DNA of 64,000 nucleotides from contig JAPDFW010000071.1 in the NCBI GenBank assembly GCA_028826165.1, positions 381,698 through 445,697 on the forward strand, in the 5' to 3' direction. How positions within the stretch are numbered: position 1 is the stretch's first letter; every line of letters begins with the position of its first letter. Source of the stretch: Anaeramoeba ignava BMAN (taxonomy: Eukaryota; Protista; Anaeramoebae). Both the position numbers and the translations under genes were made by a program. Below the pieces are notes generated by a model. That model was not told where the DNA came from and made no database searches. It saw only the letters and a program-made list of their open reading frames with translations. Below are positions 38,016-49,986 of the stretch, piece after piece.

Positions 38016-39485
38016 TTTTTTTGATTTTTCATTATTTTTTGTAAAAAGTTCATCAAGTGGATTTCTTTTATAAGGCTTTTTCTCAATCTTCTGATTTTCA
38101 ATTTCGTTATTGTGATCTTGAAAATAAGGAATATCAAAATTATTGAAATAAAAATTATCCAAATTATCTCCATTTTGGTAAACAGAAAGAGTATTTTTTG
38201 AAAGAAGATAAATATAAGCAGGTTTATTTTTATGTTGAATAGCCAAACCAGATTCATTAGAAGGAGGAATTGAGTAATCGGAATCAATCCAATTTTGGAA
38301 ACCTTGGAAAATCCACTTATTCTCAGGTAAATCATCAAGAAAAGAAGAATGAAGAAGAGAAATGCGTTGGAATAACCAAAGAACAATTTGCTCAACAAAA
38401 CCTTTTGGTTTATCATAAATTTCGGGAAAAAAATCCCGAATTTTAGCAAGTAATTCGAATTGACAAAAAGAAGCTCCAAATTCGCACCACCAAGTTATAT
38501 TGCTCCACCATTCCATCAGTTTTTCGGTTGTTTCAAATTGAGGGAATTCTGGTGATTCATGAAATTTCCAACAATGAACAGTTTCATGAACAATAGCTTC
38601 AATTAAATGATATAAATGATTAAGATATCTTCTTTTTTTGTTAGTTGAAAGAAAATCAAGTCGATTCCAATGACTTTCCTTGAAGTTTTTAATATCAGGA
38701 TATAATATTTCATAATTTCCATTTGCGTAAAAGGAAATCTCAATTGTTAATCTTTCTGGTTCTGGATTTTCCATGTTTTTTGTTTGTGTGATTATTATTT
38801 CTCTCAGTTTTTCTTCTTGTTTTGGATCTGATTTGAAACTTTCTTTTTCTTTATAGAGTTTTAAAATTGTTTCAACAGAACATTTGAGTCCAGTTTCTGC
38901 CCACCATGAATAATCATAGAGATTTGGGTCTTGAATTATGTCTTCTAAATCAGAAATCAATTTTTGATATTTTTCAAAAGAGATTGGTATTTGATTTTGA
39001 TTTTGATTTTCGATTTGATTTTGATTTTGATTTTCATTTTCATTTTGATTTTCATTTTGATTTTCATTTTGATTTTCATTTTGATTTTCATTTTGATTTT
39101 GATTTTGATTTTCATTTTGATTTTCATTTTGATTTTGATTTTGATTTTCATTTTGATTTTCAATTTGATTTTCATTTTCATTTTGATTTTCAATTTGATT
39201 TTGATTTTGATTTTGATTTTGATTTTGATTTTGATTTTCATTTTGATTTTCAAAAAGCAATATTATTTCTGATCCTTCTTCTTTTCCAAAATATAATTTC
39301 ATTCCAATAGTTTTGAAGTTATTTTCAAGTCCAATTTTTGCTGCTTGTAAAAATTGTTTTTCAAAAATATTCATATCATTCATTTTTATTCCTAATCCAT
39401 TTGGATATTTAGTTGAGATATTTGGTTTTAAACGATCAAGTAATAAAAGCATTTGACCAATTTCAATTGGTGAAATTTTCTCCAT
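38013..39485 (-). CDS. Intronless protein with an HExxH...E zinc-metallopeptidase-like motif and a QN/EN tract
   Basis: IVHETVHCW followed about 27 aa later by WWCEFGASF; 490-aa open frame. Confidence 0.75.
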   Translation of the reverse strand: MEKISPIEIGQMLLLLDRLKPNISTKYPNGLGIKMNDMNIFEKQFLQAAKIGLENNFKTIGMKLYFGKEEGSEIILLFENQNENQNQNQNQNQNQNQIENQNENENQIENQNENQNQNQNENQNENQNQNQNENQNENQNENQNENQNENENQNQNQIENQNQNQIPISFEKYQKLISDLEDIIQDPNLYDYSWWAETGLKCSVETILKLYKEKESFKSDPKQEEKLREIIITQTKNMENPEPERLTIEISFYANGNYEILYPDIKNFKESHWNRLDFLSTNKKRRYLNHLYHLIEAIVHETVHCWKFHESPEFPQFETTEKLMEWWSNITWWCEFGASFCQFELLAKIRDFFPEIYDKPKGFVEQIVLWLFQRISLLHSSFLDDLPENKWIFQGFQNWIDSDYSIPPSNESGLAIQHKNKPAYIYLLSKNTLSVYQNGDNLDNFYFNNFDIPYFQDHNNEIENQKIEKKPYKRNPLDELFTKNNEKSKK

Positions 39486-39599
39486 TTTAACTTTTTTTTT
39501 TTAAAAATTTAATTTATATTTTTTTTTGAGTTTATTTTTGTGTAAAAAAAAAATGATTTCTATGAAAATAAAAAAAAAATTTTTTTCAAATCAAAATTA

Positions 39600-40340
39600 A
39601 CAGTTGAATAAAAATTAATTTATTAAAAAAATGAAATAAAAACTGATTAATTTTATTAAAAAAATGAAATAAAAACTGATTAATTTGAATAAAAAAGTGG
39701 AATAAAAAATGATTAATTTGAATAAAAGAGTGGAATAAAAATTGATTAATTTTATTAAAAGAAAATGGAATAAAAATTGATTAATTAATTGAAAGAAAAT
39801 GGAATAAAAAATAATTAATTTTATTAAAAGAAAATGAAATAAAAATTAATTAATTTATTAAAAGAAAAAAATGGAATAAAAATTGATTAATTTATTAAAA
39901 AAAAATGGAATAAAAATTAATTAAATTTATTAAAAGAAAATGGAATAAAAATTGATTAATTTATTGAAAGAAAATGGAATAAAAATTAATTAATTTTATT
40001 AAAAAAAAATGGAATAAAAACTAATTAATTTAAATAAAAGAAAATGGAATAAAAACTGATTAATTTGAATAAAAGAGTGGAATAAAAACTGATTTATTTA
40101 TTAAAAGAAAAAAATGGAATAAAAAATAATTAAATTTATTAAAAGAAAATGAAATAAAAATTGATTAATTTTATTAAAAGAAAAAAATGGAATAAAAAAT
40201 AATTAATTTTATTAAAAGAAAATGGAATAAAAATTGATTAATTTATTAATTAGAAAGTGGAATAAAAATTGATTAATTTTATTAAAAGAAAGAAAGTGGA
40301 ATAAAAAATAATTTATTAAGAAAATGGAATAAAAAATAAT
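39600..40340. repeat. ~40-bp degenerate minisatellite (AAAATGGAATAAAAATTGATTAATTTTATTAAAAG)n
   Basis: About 18 units starting at the stop codon of F-box paralog 1. Confidence 0.88.
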
Positions 40341-42704
40341 TATTTCCGGAAAAAAGTACCAACTCCAGATGTTATATCAGCCATAAGACAAAACAAATAA
40401 ACTTGAATAAAAGGATAATAAATATGATGAATAGCAACTCTTTCCAAATAAAGAATTAACAAAGTTAAAAAAACGGAATAAAAAAGAAGAACAGCAACAC
40501 CAACAGGAATTATTTTCATAAAAAATGAAGCAACAAAAAACGCAACAAGATAAATAAAAAAAGGAAAAAAAACGAAAGCATAATTCCAATTAGTTGTGTG
40601 ATCAATTCTTAAACCCAAAAAAATAAAGAAGATCATAAAATCAAGACATATAGACAAGGAAACCCAAACCTCTTTCATTCTTCCATTTCCATACACTTTA
40701 TCGTAAAGAAGAAAAGAAGGAATAAAAACCAGAAGAAGAAAAAATGGAATAAAAACAACACACCAAGAACACTTAATAAAATTATCAACTCTCAAACCGA
40801 TCAGAATAATTTGGATGAAAAAAAGAAAAACAAAAGAAAAAAGAGAAACAGATTCATCAGTGCAGTAATAACGAACAGCTATCCGATAATACAAAGAAAT
40901 TGCCAAATAAAAACTCAAAAGAAATAAAGGAATTTCAACTGCTAAATTTATTATCGACATTTTGGCATCAATTACTTTCTCAACTTTGAGTGTGATCAGA
41001 ATAACATATGCAGAAAATCCAAGCGAGAAAACAAATCCAATAAAACTCAAATTGTTCAAAGCTAGTTTTTCTATTTTGTTTCTTGTTTCATCTTTTTTTT
41101 TATTTTTTAGTTTTCTTTCTTCATTCATTCTTTCTTTTTTGATAATTTTATGGATTTTTCTTCCTTTTGCAAGCATTTCTTCTTTTGGATTTTCTAATAA
41201 ATTGATGTAATCAATTCTTTGTTCTTCTGTTGAGGCTAAAATTTGTTGACGATCATTACCATAAGTGAAATATTCTTTTTTAGTAGTTGAACCATCAATT
41301 TTATTGTTATGGAAATATTTCTTCATTCTTTTTTCTCTTGATTTATCCATTGATTTAAAATGTTTTTTGCTCAAATTTGGGAATTTTGGATCTTGTCTTT
41401 TTTTTGAAATCAACTCCATTTCTTGATCAAGTAATGTTTGAAATCCAACTACTTTTCTATTTGATATTCTTGTATTTGGTTCAAAATAATCAAATATGAA
41501 AAATTGTTGATATGATCTTGCTATTCTTCTCCATGTTTCTTGATCATCAAAAATTTCTTGGAAATAACGACAAGTTAAACCTAATTTAACGAAATCACCA
41601 GGAGCTAAATATTCACAAATCATCATTAAAACTATTTTGATTTTGAATTTTGATTTTGATTTTGAATTTGAATTTGAATTTGAATTTGATTTGAATTTGA
41701 ATTTAATTTTGAATTTGATTTTGAATTTGATTTAAATTTGAATTTGATTTTTGATTTAAATTTGAATTTGAATTTTAAATTTGAATTTGATTTTGAATTT
41801 GATTTTGAATTTGATTTTGATTTTGATTTTGATTTTGATTTTGAATTTGATTTTGAATTTGAATTTTAATTTTAATCTGAATTTGAATTTGAATTTGAAT
41901 CTGAATTTGAATTTTGAATTTGATTTTGAATTTTGAATTTGATTTTGAATTTGAATTTGATTTTAATTTTGAATTTGATTTTGAATTTATTTTTGTTTTT
42001 GAATTTGAATTTGAATTTGAATTTGAATTTAAATTTGATTTTCAATTTGAATTTTGAATTTGAATTTGAATTTTGAATTTGAATTTGATTTTCAATTTAA
42101 TTTTGAATTTGAATTTGATTTTGATTTTGAATTTGATTTTGATTTTGATTTTGAATTTAAATTTGATTTTGATTTTGATTTTGATTTTGATTTTGATTTT
42201 GATTTTGATTTTGATTTTGATTTTGATTTTGAATTTGAATTTGATTTTGAATTTAAATTTGAATTTGATTTTAAATTTGAATTTTAAATTTTGAATTTGA
42301 TTTTGAATTTAATTTTGAATTTGAATTTGAATTTTAATTTTAATTTGATTTTCAATTTGAATTTGAATTTGATTTTGATTTAGAATTTGAATTTGATTTT
42401 GATTTAAATTTGAATTTGAATTTGATTTTGATTTTCAATTTGATTTTGAATTTGAATTTTGAATTTGAATTTGATTTTGAATTTAAATTTATTTTTATTT
42501 TAAATTTTAAATTCTATTTACTTTCTGGAGGTAATTGATTAATGATTAAATTTGGCGTATCTGGTGGTACTAATAAATTTTGAGTTGATTTTTGAAATCT
42601 TCCTTTATTAACTTATTTAACTCTTGTTCCCCAATATCTAAAACTCCTTTATTTTGTTCCAAATTTAAAAAAAATGTTAATTCATCACTACGAGAAAAAT
42701 CCAT
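40340..42704 (-). CDS. F-box + multi-TM (TMEM185/Fragile-X-F-like) protein, paralog 1; exons 42704-42522 (1-nt frameshift near 42604), 41631-40340
   Basis: LIINQLPPE|ILMMICEYLAPGDFVKLGLTCRYF..WRR. Repeated LRVDNFIKCSWCVVFIPFF / LRIDHTTNWNYAFVFFPFF TM-hairpin motifs. Confidence 0.85.
41632..42521. repeat. 890-nt intron filled with (TTTGAA/TTTGAT)n
   Basis: Hexamer array between the GT donor (42521) and AG acceptor (41632) on the - strand. Confidence 0.93.
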
Positions 42705-42903
42705 TTAATTTTGATTTTAATTTTAATTTTAATTTTGATTTTAATTTTGATTTTAATTTTGATTTTAATTTTAATTTAATTTTAATTTTAATTTTGATTT
42801 TTAATTTTGATTTGAGAAAAAAAATGAAAAATTTTTCTTAATTTTTTTTTTTCATTTTTTTTTTTGCTTTTTTTTTGAAGTTTTAATTCAATCCAAAAAA
42901 AAA

Positions 42904-43845
42904 ATGATATCGTTTATCTTTTTAATTATTTTTGTTTATTTCTTTCTCAAGATATTCCCAACAATTTATGCTAAATTCATAGTTAAAACACCCAATTTGA
43001 AAAAGAAATACAAAGCAGAATGGGCATTTGTAACAGGGTCATCAACAGGATTAGGGAAAGAATTAGCAATGAAACTTGCCGAACAAGGAATAAATCTAGT
43101 GATATTAAGCAAAACAAAAAACAAACTTGAACAAACAAAAAAGGAAATACTTGAGAAGTATCCAAAAATTGAAGTTCGAGAAATTGTGATGGATTTTGAA
43201 TTGCCAGTTGAACAAATTGAAAAAGAAATTATCCCTAAAATATCAGATATTGAAATCAAAATTCTCATCAATAATGTTGGTTATATGCCAATGAGAGAAT
43301 TCCATAAACAATCATGGGAAAGTATCCAAAAACACGTTAACGCCAATGTGACAAGTCACGTCAAATTGACACATATTATTTCCCAAAAGTTGATCCAATC
43401 AAAATCAAAAGGAGCAATTTGCTTTACGGCTTCTCTTGCTGGTTTCTATCCTTTGCCATATGCACCAATATATTCAGCAGCAAAAGCATATCTTCGTTTA
43501 TTTGCATCAACACTTGCTATAGAACTTAAGCCGCATGGAATTGATATCCACATAATAAATCCTGGCCCTATAAGAGATACTGATTTTGTTAAAAGAACTG
43601 GTGCTAAAACTGATAATTTGGGTTTTAAGTTTCTTTTCTCAAAATTGATTAGTCAAGATGATAAAGCTGTTGCTAAAGTTTATTTCAATTCTATTGGTGG
43701 TCCTTTTATGGCTGTTGATTCAAGTTGGTTCGCTATTTTTGGAAGAATTTTGGAAAATCTTTTTACTTTGAATGGTTTGGTTTATTCTTATATTCTTATT
43801 AGAGTTGGGAAATTATTAAAAATGGATCAATTTCATTATGATTAA
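42904..43845 (+). CDS. SDR, HSD17B12/very-long-chain 3-ketoacyl-CoA reductase-like, copy 1
   Basis: N-terminal TM, VTGSSTGLG, LINNVG, YSAAK. Confidence 0.93.
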   Translation: MISFIFLIIFVYFFLKIFPTIYAKFIVKTPNLKKKYKAEWAFVTGSSTGLGKELAMKLAEQGINLVILSKTKNKLEQTKKEILEKYPKIEVREIVMDFELPVEQIEKEIIPKISDIEIKILINNVGYMPMREFHKQSWESIQKHVNANVTSHVKLTHIISQKLIQSKSKGAICFTASLAGFYPLPYAPIYSAAKAYLRLFASTLAIELKPHGIDIHIINPGPIRDTDFVKRTGAKTDNLGFKFLFSKLISQDDKAVAKVYFNSIGGPFMAVDSSWFAIFGRILENLFTLNGLVYSYILIRVGKLLKMDQFHYD

Positions 43846-44143
43846 TTAATTAATTAATTTTTGGGAATTAATTTGGAATTCTTTTAAAAAGAAAAAAAGC
43901 AAAAATTTTCTTTTTCTTTTTCTTTTTCAAAATGAAACAAAACAAAATGAAACAAAACAAAATGAAACAAAACAAAACAAAACAAGTTTTTTCCCTTTTT
44001 TTTCTTAATTTTTTTTCTTAATTTTTTTTATCTAAATTTTGCTTATTTTTTTTATCTAATTGATGTTTCAAATTAAAAGCAAAAAAAAATTTTTTTTTTA
44101 ATTTTTTTTTTTTCATTTTTCAGTTTTAATTCAAGTTAAAAAA

Positions 44144-45085
44144 ATGATGATGTTTATCTTTTTAATTATTTTTGTTTATTTCTTTCTCAAGATATTCCCA
44201 ACAATTTATGCTAAATTCATAGTTAAAACACCCAATTTGAAAAAGAAATACAAAGCAGAATGGGCATTTGTAACAGGGTCATCATCAGGATTAGGGAAAG
44301 AATTAGCAATGAAATTTGCCGAACAAGGAATAAATGTAGTGATATTAAGTGAGAACGAACCAGCACTTGAAGAAGCAAAAAAGGAAATACTTGAGAAGTA
44401 TCCAAAAATTGAAGTTCGAGCAATTGTGATGGATTTTGGATTGCCAGTTGAACAAATTGAAAAAGAAATTATCCCTAAAATATCAGATATTGAAATCAAA
44501 ATTCTCATCAATAATGTTGGTTATATGCCAATGAGAGAATTCCATAAACAATCATGGGAAAGCATCGAAAAACACGTTAACGCTAATGTGACAAGTCACG
44601 TCAAATTGACACATATTATTTCCCAAAAGTTGATCCAATCAAAATCAAAAGGAGCAATTTGCTTTACAACTTCGATGGCGAGTTTTTTCCCGATTCCCTA
44701 TTGTTCAATTTATGACGGAGCAAAAGCATATCTTCGTTTATTTGCAACAACACTTGCCATAGAACTTAAGCCGCATGGAATTGATATCCACATGGTAAAT
44801 CCTGGCCCTATAAGAAATACTGATTTTTATAGACGATCTGGAGTTAAACAACAAAATCGAATTGCAAAATTTTTTTATTCGACTGTAATCAGTCAAGACT
44901 ATAAAGAAGTCGCGAAAGTTTATTTCAATTCTATTGGTGGTCCTTTTATGGTTGTTGAATCAGGCTATTTCGCTATTGTTTGTAGACTTTTGGAAAATCT
45001 CCTCACTTTAAATGGTATCGTTTACATTTATGTTAAGTTGAGATTGTTGAAAAAACTTGAAATGGACCAAGCTCGTTATGATTAA
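44144..45085 (+). CDS. SDR, HSD17B12-like, copy 2
   Basis: VTGSSSGLG, LINNVG, YDGAK; tandem paralog of copy 1. Confidence 0.93.
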   Translation: MMMFIFLIIFVYFFLKIFPTIYAKFIVKTPNLKKKYKAEWAFVTGSSSGLGKELAMKFAEQGINVVILSENEPALEEAKKEILEKYPKIEVRAIVMDFGLPVEQIEKEIIPKISDIEIKILINNVGYMPMREFHKQSWESIEKHVNANVTSHVKLTHIISQKLIQSKSKGAICFTTSMASFFPIPYCSIYDGAKAYLRLFATTLAIELKPHGIDIHMVNPGPIRNTDFYRRSGVKQQNRIAKFFYSTVISQDYKEVAKVYFNSIGGPFMVVESGYFAIVCRLLENLLTLNGIVYIYVKLRLLKKLEMDQARYD

Positions 45086-45334
45086 TTAACTAATCAATCT
45101 ATTTCCAATGATTTTCCATTTCTTGGAAAAGATAAATAATAAGAAAGATTATTTTTTCATTTCTTTGAATTTGCTTGCTTCTTTAAGAAATAAAAACAAA
45201 AACAAGTTTTAAATTAATTTTTTATTGAAATTATTTGGATTTATTTTTGATTTAAATTTAAAATTTCTTTTTGGTTCTTTCTCTTATTTTTTTTATGAGG
45301 AAGATAAATTTCTTTTGAGAAATTGTCAAAAGAA

Positions 45335-45750
45335 TTTTGATTTTGATTTTGAATTTTGATTTAAATTTGAATTTGATTTTGATTTTGATTTTGATTTTGA
45401 TTTGAAATTTTGAATTTGATTTTGAATTTGATTTTGATTTTGATTTTGAATTTGATTTTGATTTTGATTTTGATTTTGATTTTGATTTTGATTTTGATTT
45501 TGATTTTGAATTTGATTTTGAATTTGATTTTAAATTTTGAATTTGAATTTGATTTTGATTTTGATTTTGATTTTGATTTTGAATTTGATTTTAAATTTTG
45601 AATTTGATTTTGATTTTGAATTTGATTTTGATTTTGATTTTGATTTTGATTTTGATTTTGATTTTCAATTTGATTTTGATTTTGATTTTGATTTTGATTT
45701 TGATTTTGATTTTGATTTTGTTTTGATTTTGAATTTCATTTGATTTTGAT
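45335..45750. repeat. (TTTTGA)n microsatellite overlapping the TRM11 3' end
   Basis: Hexamer array. Confidence 0.9.
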
Positions 45751-47113
45751 TTAGATTTTCAATATCATTAATCAATTTGTAATGTTTTGAATTATTTGGA
45801 TCAAAATCCAAAACTTTTTTCATTGTAATTAATCTACGAACCAAATTTGAAGTAATATTCTGATGAGAATAAGCAAGAATTTCAAAACAAAAATGACGAG
45901 GAAGATCTTTATAAGAAAAATGACTAGTTGTTGGTAACCAAAAAACAAGTCTACCATTTATTTTAAGATGTTGAGCTGAAAATATGATGAGGAAACGAAT
46001 CAAACTTGGGATGCTAATCTGTTGTTTAGCAGGGAAGTAGTTGGAAGATCTAACGGTGGGTTCTTGATCAGAAAGATTTTTTTTATTTTCACTTAATTGT
46101 TTAGATCCTTCACGAAGTCCATAAGGAGGATCACAAACAATAGCATCAAATTCGATCTGTTTTCTCCAGCAATTATGAGTAAAATCAACTAACGAAATAT
46201 CCAAAAAACGATCCAGCATTTTATATTGATCAAATGTGTTTTTAATGTTTGGAATTTGATCGGCTGATAATTTTTGTGTATATTTATTATTTTTTAAATT
46301 AATTTTTTGACGTTTAACATTTTTGGATCGACTGTTTATCATTGCATGTAAAATCTTGTAATTTATATCAGAACCCATAACATAGCTTCCGAAATGACTA
46401 CATGAGATCAATATGCTTGCGGTACCACAGAAGGGATCATATATTAATGTTCCTGGTTTTGCAAGAGCTTGATTAGCAACAAGAAAACTCAATTGAGGTG
46501 CCATTGTTGTATTTCCGATATATAATCTCTCCGTGAGTGAATAAGAGGCTTTAAGTTCACCTTGTCCCATGGAAATTTGTCTTCCGAAATACACATGCTT
46601 GATTGATCTTGCAGAGGTATTGTTTGGTTGTTCAGGATCAAAAAAATCATTGATCAAAACAAAGTTAACTTCTGCATTTTTTAATGAGACTGTTTTGTGA
46701 TTGGCTTCAAAAGGAATAAATGAAAGCTTGCGAATTGTTTCCACAGTGTGTTTTTGTGTAAGTTTTTTCCCGGAGTTGATGACATCAATGCGATAGGAAT
46801 TGAAATTTGACATCATTTCAGAAATTTCATTTTCAGATTTTTTTTGAAGATCTTCAACAAGTGTTTCAAATGTTTCTGAATCACTAAATATTTTATAAAT
46901 GGCCCTAATTAAAATGGCTCGTGAACATATTTTTATTGCTGATTCTTCGTCTGGAAGATTAATCCAAAGCAATGGTGTTTGAATTCCTTGGTTAATTAAT
47001 TTTTCTTTATTTTCAATTTGAAAATTAATATCAAACATTTCACAACAAGATATTAATTCGGGAATTACAAATGGTTGCATTTCCCAACGAAATAAGATTA
47101 AAAACTTATTCAT
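45665..47113 (-). CDS. TRM11: tRNA m2G10 methyltransferase TRM11
   Basis: RLYIGNTTMAPQLS..ANQA..YDPFCGTASIL..GSDI..FDAIVCDPPYGLRE..GRLVFWLP..RRLITM. The exact C-terminus is uncertain because it runs into the repeat. Confidence 0.93.
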   Translation of the reverse strand: MNKFLILFRWEMQPFVIPELISCCEMFDINFQIENKEKLINQGIQTPLLWINLPDEESAIKICSRAILIRAIYKIFSDSETFETLVEDLQKKSENEISEMMSNFNSYRIDVINSGKKLTQKHTVETIRKLSFIPFEANHKTVSLKNAEVNFVLINDFFDPEQPNNTSARSIKHVYFGRQISMGQGELKASYSLTERLYIGNTTMAPQLSFLVANQALAKPGTLIYDPFCGTASILISCSHFGSYVMGSDINYKILHAMINSRSKNVKRQKINLKNNKYTQKLSADQIPNIKNTFDQYKMLDRFLDISLVDFTHNCWRKQIEFDAIVCDPPYGLREGSKQLSENKKNLSDQEPTVRSSNYFPAKQQISIPSLIRFLIIFSAQHLKINGRLVFWLPTTSHFSYKDLPRHFCFEILAYSHQNITSNLVRRLITMKKVLDFDPNNSKHYKLINDIENLNQNQMKFKIKTKSKSKSKSKSKSKSKSN

Positions 47114-47169
47114 TATAAGATTTTTTTTTGAGAAGAAGAGAAAAATAAAAGAAGAAAATGAAAATGAAA

Positions 47170-48450
47170 ATAAAAAATTTAAAAAATTTAAATATAATAT
47201 AATTAATCAAATATTTAAAAAATTAAATAAAATATTTAAATTAAAAATATAATTAAATCAAAATATTAAATCAAATATTTAAATATAATTTATTAAATAT
47301 TAAAAAATCAAATATTTAAATATAATTTATTAAAATTAAATAAAATATTTAAATATAATTTTTATTAAAAAATTATCAAAATATTATAAATTAATATTAA
47401 ATCAAATATTTAAATATAAATTTTACGGTATTTAAAAATTAATTAATTAAATCAAATATTTAAAATATAATTTATTAATATTAAATCAAATATTTAAATA
47501 TAATTATTTCAAAAAATTAAATAAAATATAATTTATTTAAATATAATTAATTAATAAATAAAATATTTAAATATAATTTATTAAATCAAATATTTAAATA
47601 TAATTTATTAATATTATAAATAAATATTTAAATTAAATTAATATTAATATTAATATTAAAATCAAATATTTAAATAAATATTTTTTTAAATATAATTTAT
47701 TAATATTAAATCAAATATTTAAATATAATTTAAATATTAAATCAAAATTTAAATATAATTTAAATATTTAATTAATATTAAATTTAATTATTAAATTAAA
47801 TCAAATATTTAAATTAAATATTAAATATAATTTAAATCAAAATTTAAATAATTTATTAATATTAAATCAAATATTTAAATATAAATCAAAATAAATATAA
47901 ATAATATTTCAAATATTTAAATATAAAATTAATATTAAATATTTAAATATAAATTTTAAATCAAATATTTAAATTAAAATTAAATATTTAAATATAATTT
48001 CAAAATATTTAAAATATAATTTTTAAAATTCAAAATTTAAAATATTTAAATATAATTTTTATTAATATTAAATCAAATATTTAAATATAATTAATATTAA
48101 ATCAAAAAATTAAATCAAATATTTATAATTTATTAATTAAATCAAATATTTAAAATATTAAATCAAATATTTAAAATAATTAATTAATTAAATCAAATAT
48201 TTAAATATAATTTATTAATATTAAATTAAAATATTTTTATTAAAATATAAAATTAAATATTAATATTAAATATAAATATTCAAATATTTAAATATAATTA
48301 ATTAATATTAAATCAAATATTTAAATATAATTAATTAATATTAAATCAAATATTTAAATATAATTTATTAATATTAAATCAAATATTTAAATATAATTTA
48401 TTAATATTAAATCAAATATTTAAATATAATTAATTAATATTAAATTAAAA
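47170..48450. repeat. Degenerate ~36-bp AT minisatellite (ATTAAATCAAATATTTAAATATAATTTATTAAT)n
   Basis: Most regular at 48290-48445. Confidence 0.8.
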
Positions 48451-48909
48451 AAATTTGTGGAAAAACAAATTTCTTGGTTAAATTGCTTTTTTTTTGCTTA
48501 TTTGTCAGATTTTCGCAATAAAAAAAAATGAGGAAAAATTAAATTTTTAAAGGAATTTACAAAGAGAGTTGAGAAATTTTAATTTGGATTGAATAATTTA
48601 ATTTTTCTGTTTTTGTTTTTGTTTTAAATTAGAAAGAAAAATATTTTGATCAAATAAAAACAAAAAATAAAAATTGTTTTAATAATTATTTAATAAGAAA
48701 AAAGGGGTAAAAATAGATTTAAATTTTAAGTTAAATTGATCATTTTAAAAAAATTTAAAATAAAAATAAAAAAAGAGTTTTTGTTTATTTTTTGATCAAA
48801 AGAAAAGAAAAAAAAATTCAATAAAGATTATAAAAAGAAAAGAACCATTAATCATTTTTCATTTTTCAATTTTCAATTTAATATTTTTTTATTAATTTTT
48901 TTTTTTGAA

Positions 48910-49854
48910 ATGATATCAACAATAATAACAATTGCAATAATAATTTATTTCTTTTTAAAAGCAATTCCATTAATATACACAAAATACATGGTAAATTCAC
49001 AAAACTTGAAAAGAAAATACAACACAGAATGGGTATTTATAACAGGAGGATCATCAGGATTAGGAAAAGAATTAGCAATGAAATTTGCCGAACAAGGAAT
49101 GAACCTAGTAATTTTAAGCAGAACAAAAAGCAAACTTGAGCAGGCAAAAAATCAAATTTTGGATCGATTTCCAAATATCGAAATTCGAATAATTGCAATG
49201 GATTTTGGATTGCCAGTTGAACAAATTGAAGAGCAACTTATCCCCCAAATTTCGGATATTGATGTCAAAATTCTCATCAATAATATCGGTTATATGCTGA
49301 TAAGAGAGTTCCAGAAAAGAAAATGGGAAAACATACAGAGTCACATCAACGCGCATATAACAAGCGCAATTAAATTGTCTCAAATCATTGCGCAAAAGTT
49401 GATCCAGTCAAATTCAAAAGGTGCAATTTGCTTTACTTCTTCAATGGGATGTTTTTATCCGATTCCTTATATCCCAATCTACTCAGGAGCCAAGGCTTAT
49501 CTCCAATCTTTCGCATCAACACTTGCCATTGAGCTCAAGCCGTTTGGAATTGATGTGCATGTTGTAATACCTGGTCCGATTCCTGATACAGATTTTTATG
49601 ACAGGACTGGTTTGGAAAGAAATAATCCGTTTTTCGAAAATCCAATGTCAAAATTTATTAATCAAAATGCAAAATCTGTTGCCAAAATTTACTTGAAAAC
49701 TATCGGTAGTCCGTTTGTTGTTGTTGATACAAGTTTATTTGTTATTTTCAGTCGCATTTTGGAAAATTTTTTAAGCGCGAATGGTTTGGTTTGGATTGCT
49801 TTAAAATCAAAAACTGCTCAATCTTTTCAAATTGAAAAAGTTCGTTATGATTAA
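48910..49854 (+). CDS. SDR, HSD17B12-like, copy 3
   Basis: ITGGSSGLG, LINNIG, YSGAK. Confidence 0.93.
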   Translation: MISTIITIAIIIYFFLKAIPLIYTKYMVNSQNLKRKYNTEWVFITGGSSGLGKELAMKFAEQGMNLVILSRTKSKLEQAKNQILDRFPNIEIRIIAMDFGLPVEQIEEQLIPQISDIDVKILINNIGYMLIREFQKRKWENIQSHINAHITSAIKLSQIIAQKLIQSNSKGAICFTSSMGCFYPIPYIPIYSGAKAYLQSFASTLAIELKPFGIDVHVVIPGPIPDTDFYDRTGLERNNPFFENPMSKFINQNAKSVAKIYLKTIGSPFVVVDTSLFVIFSRILENFLSANGLVWIALKSKTAQSFQIEKVRYD

Positions 49855-49986
49855 AAGGAAAAAAAAAAAAAAAAGTGGAACAAAAAAAAATTTGTTTTGA
49901 AAAAAAAAAAAAATTTTTTTTTCAATAAAATTAAATTAAAAATTAATAAGTTGAATAAATTTTTATTAAATAAAGAAAAAAACAAA

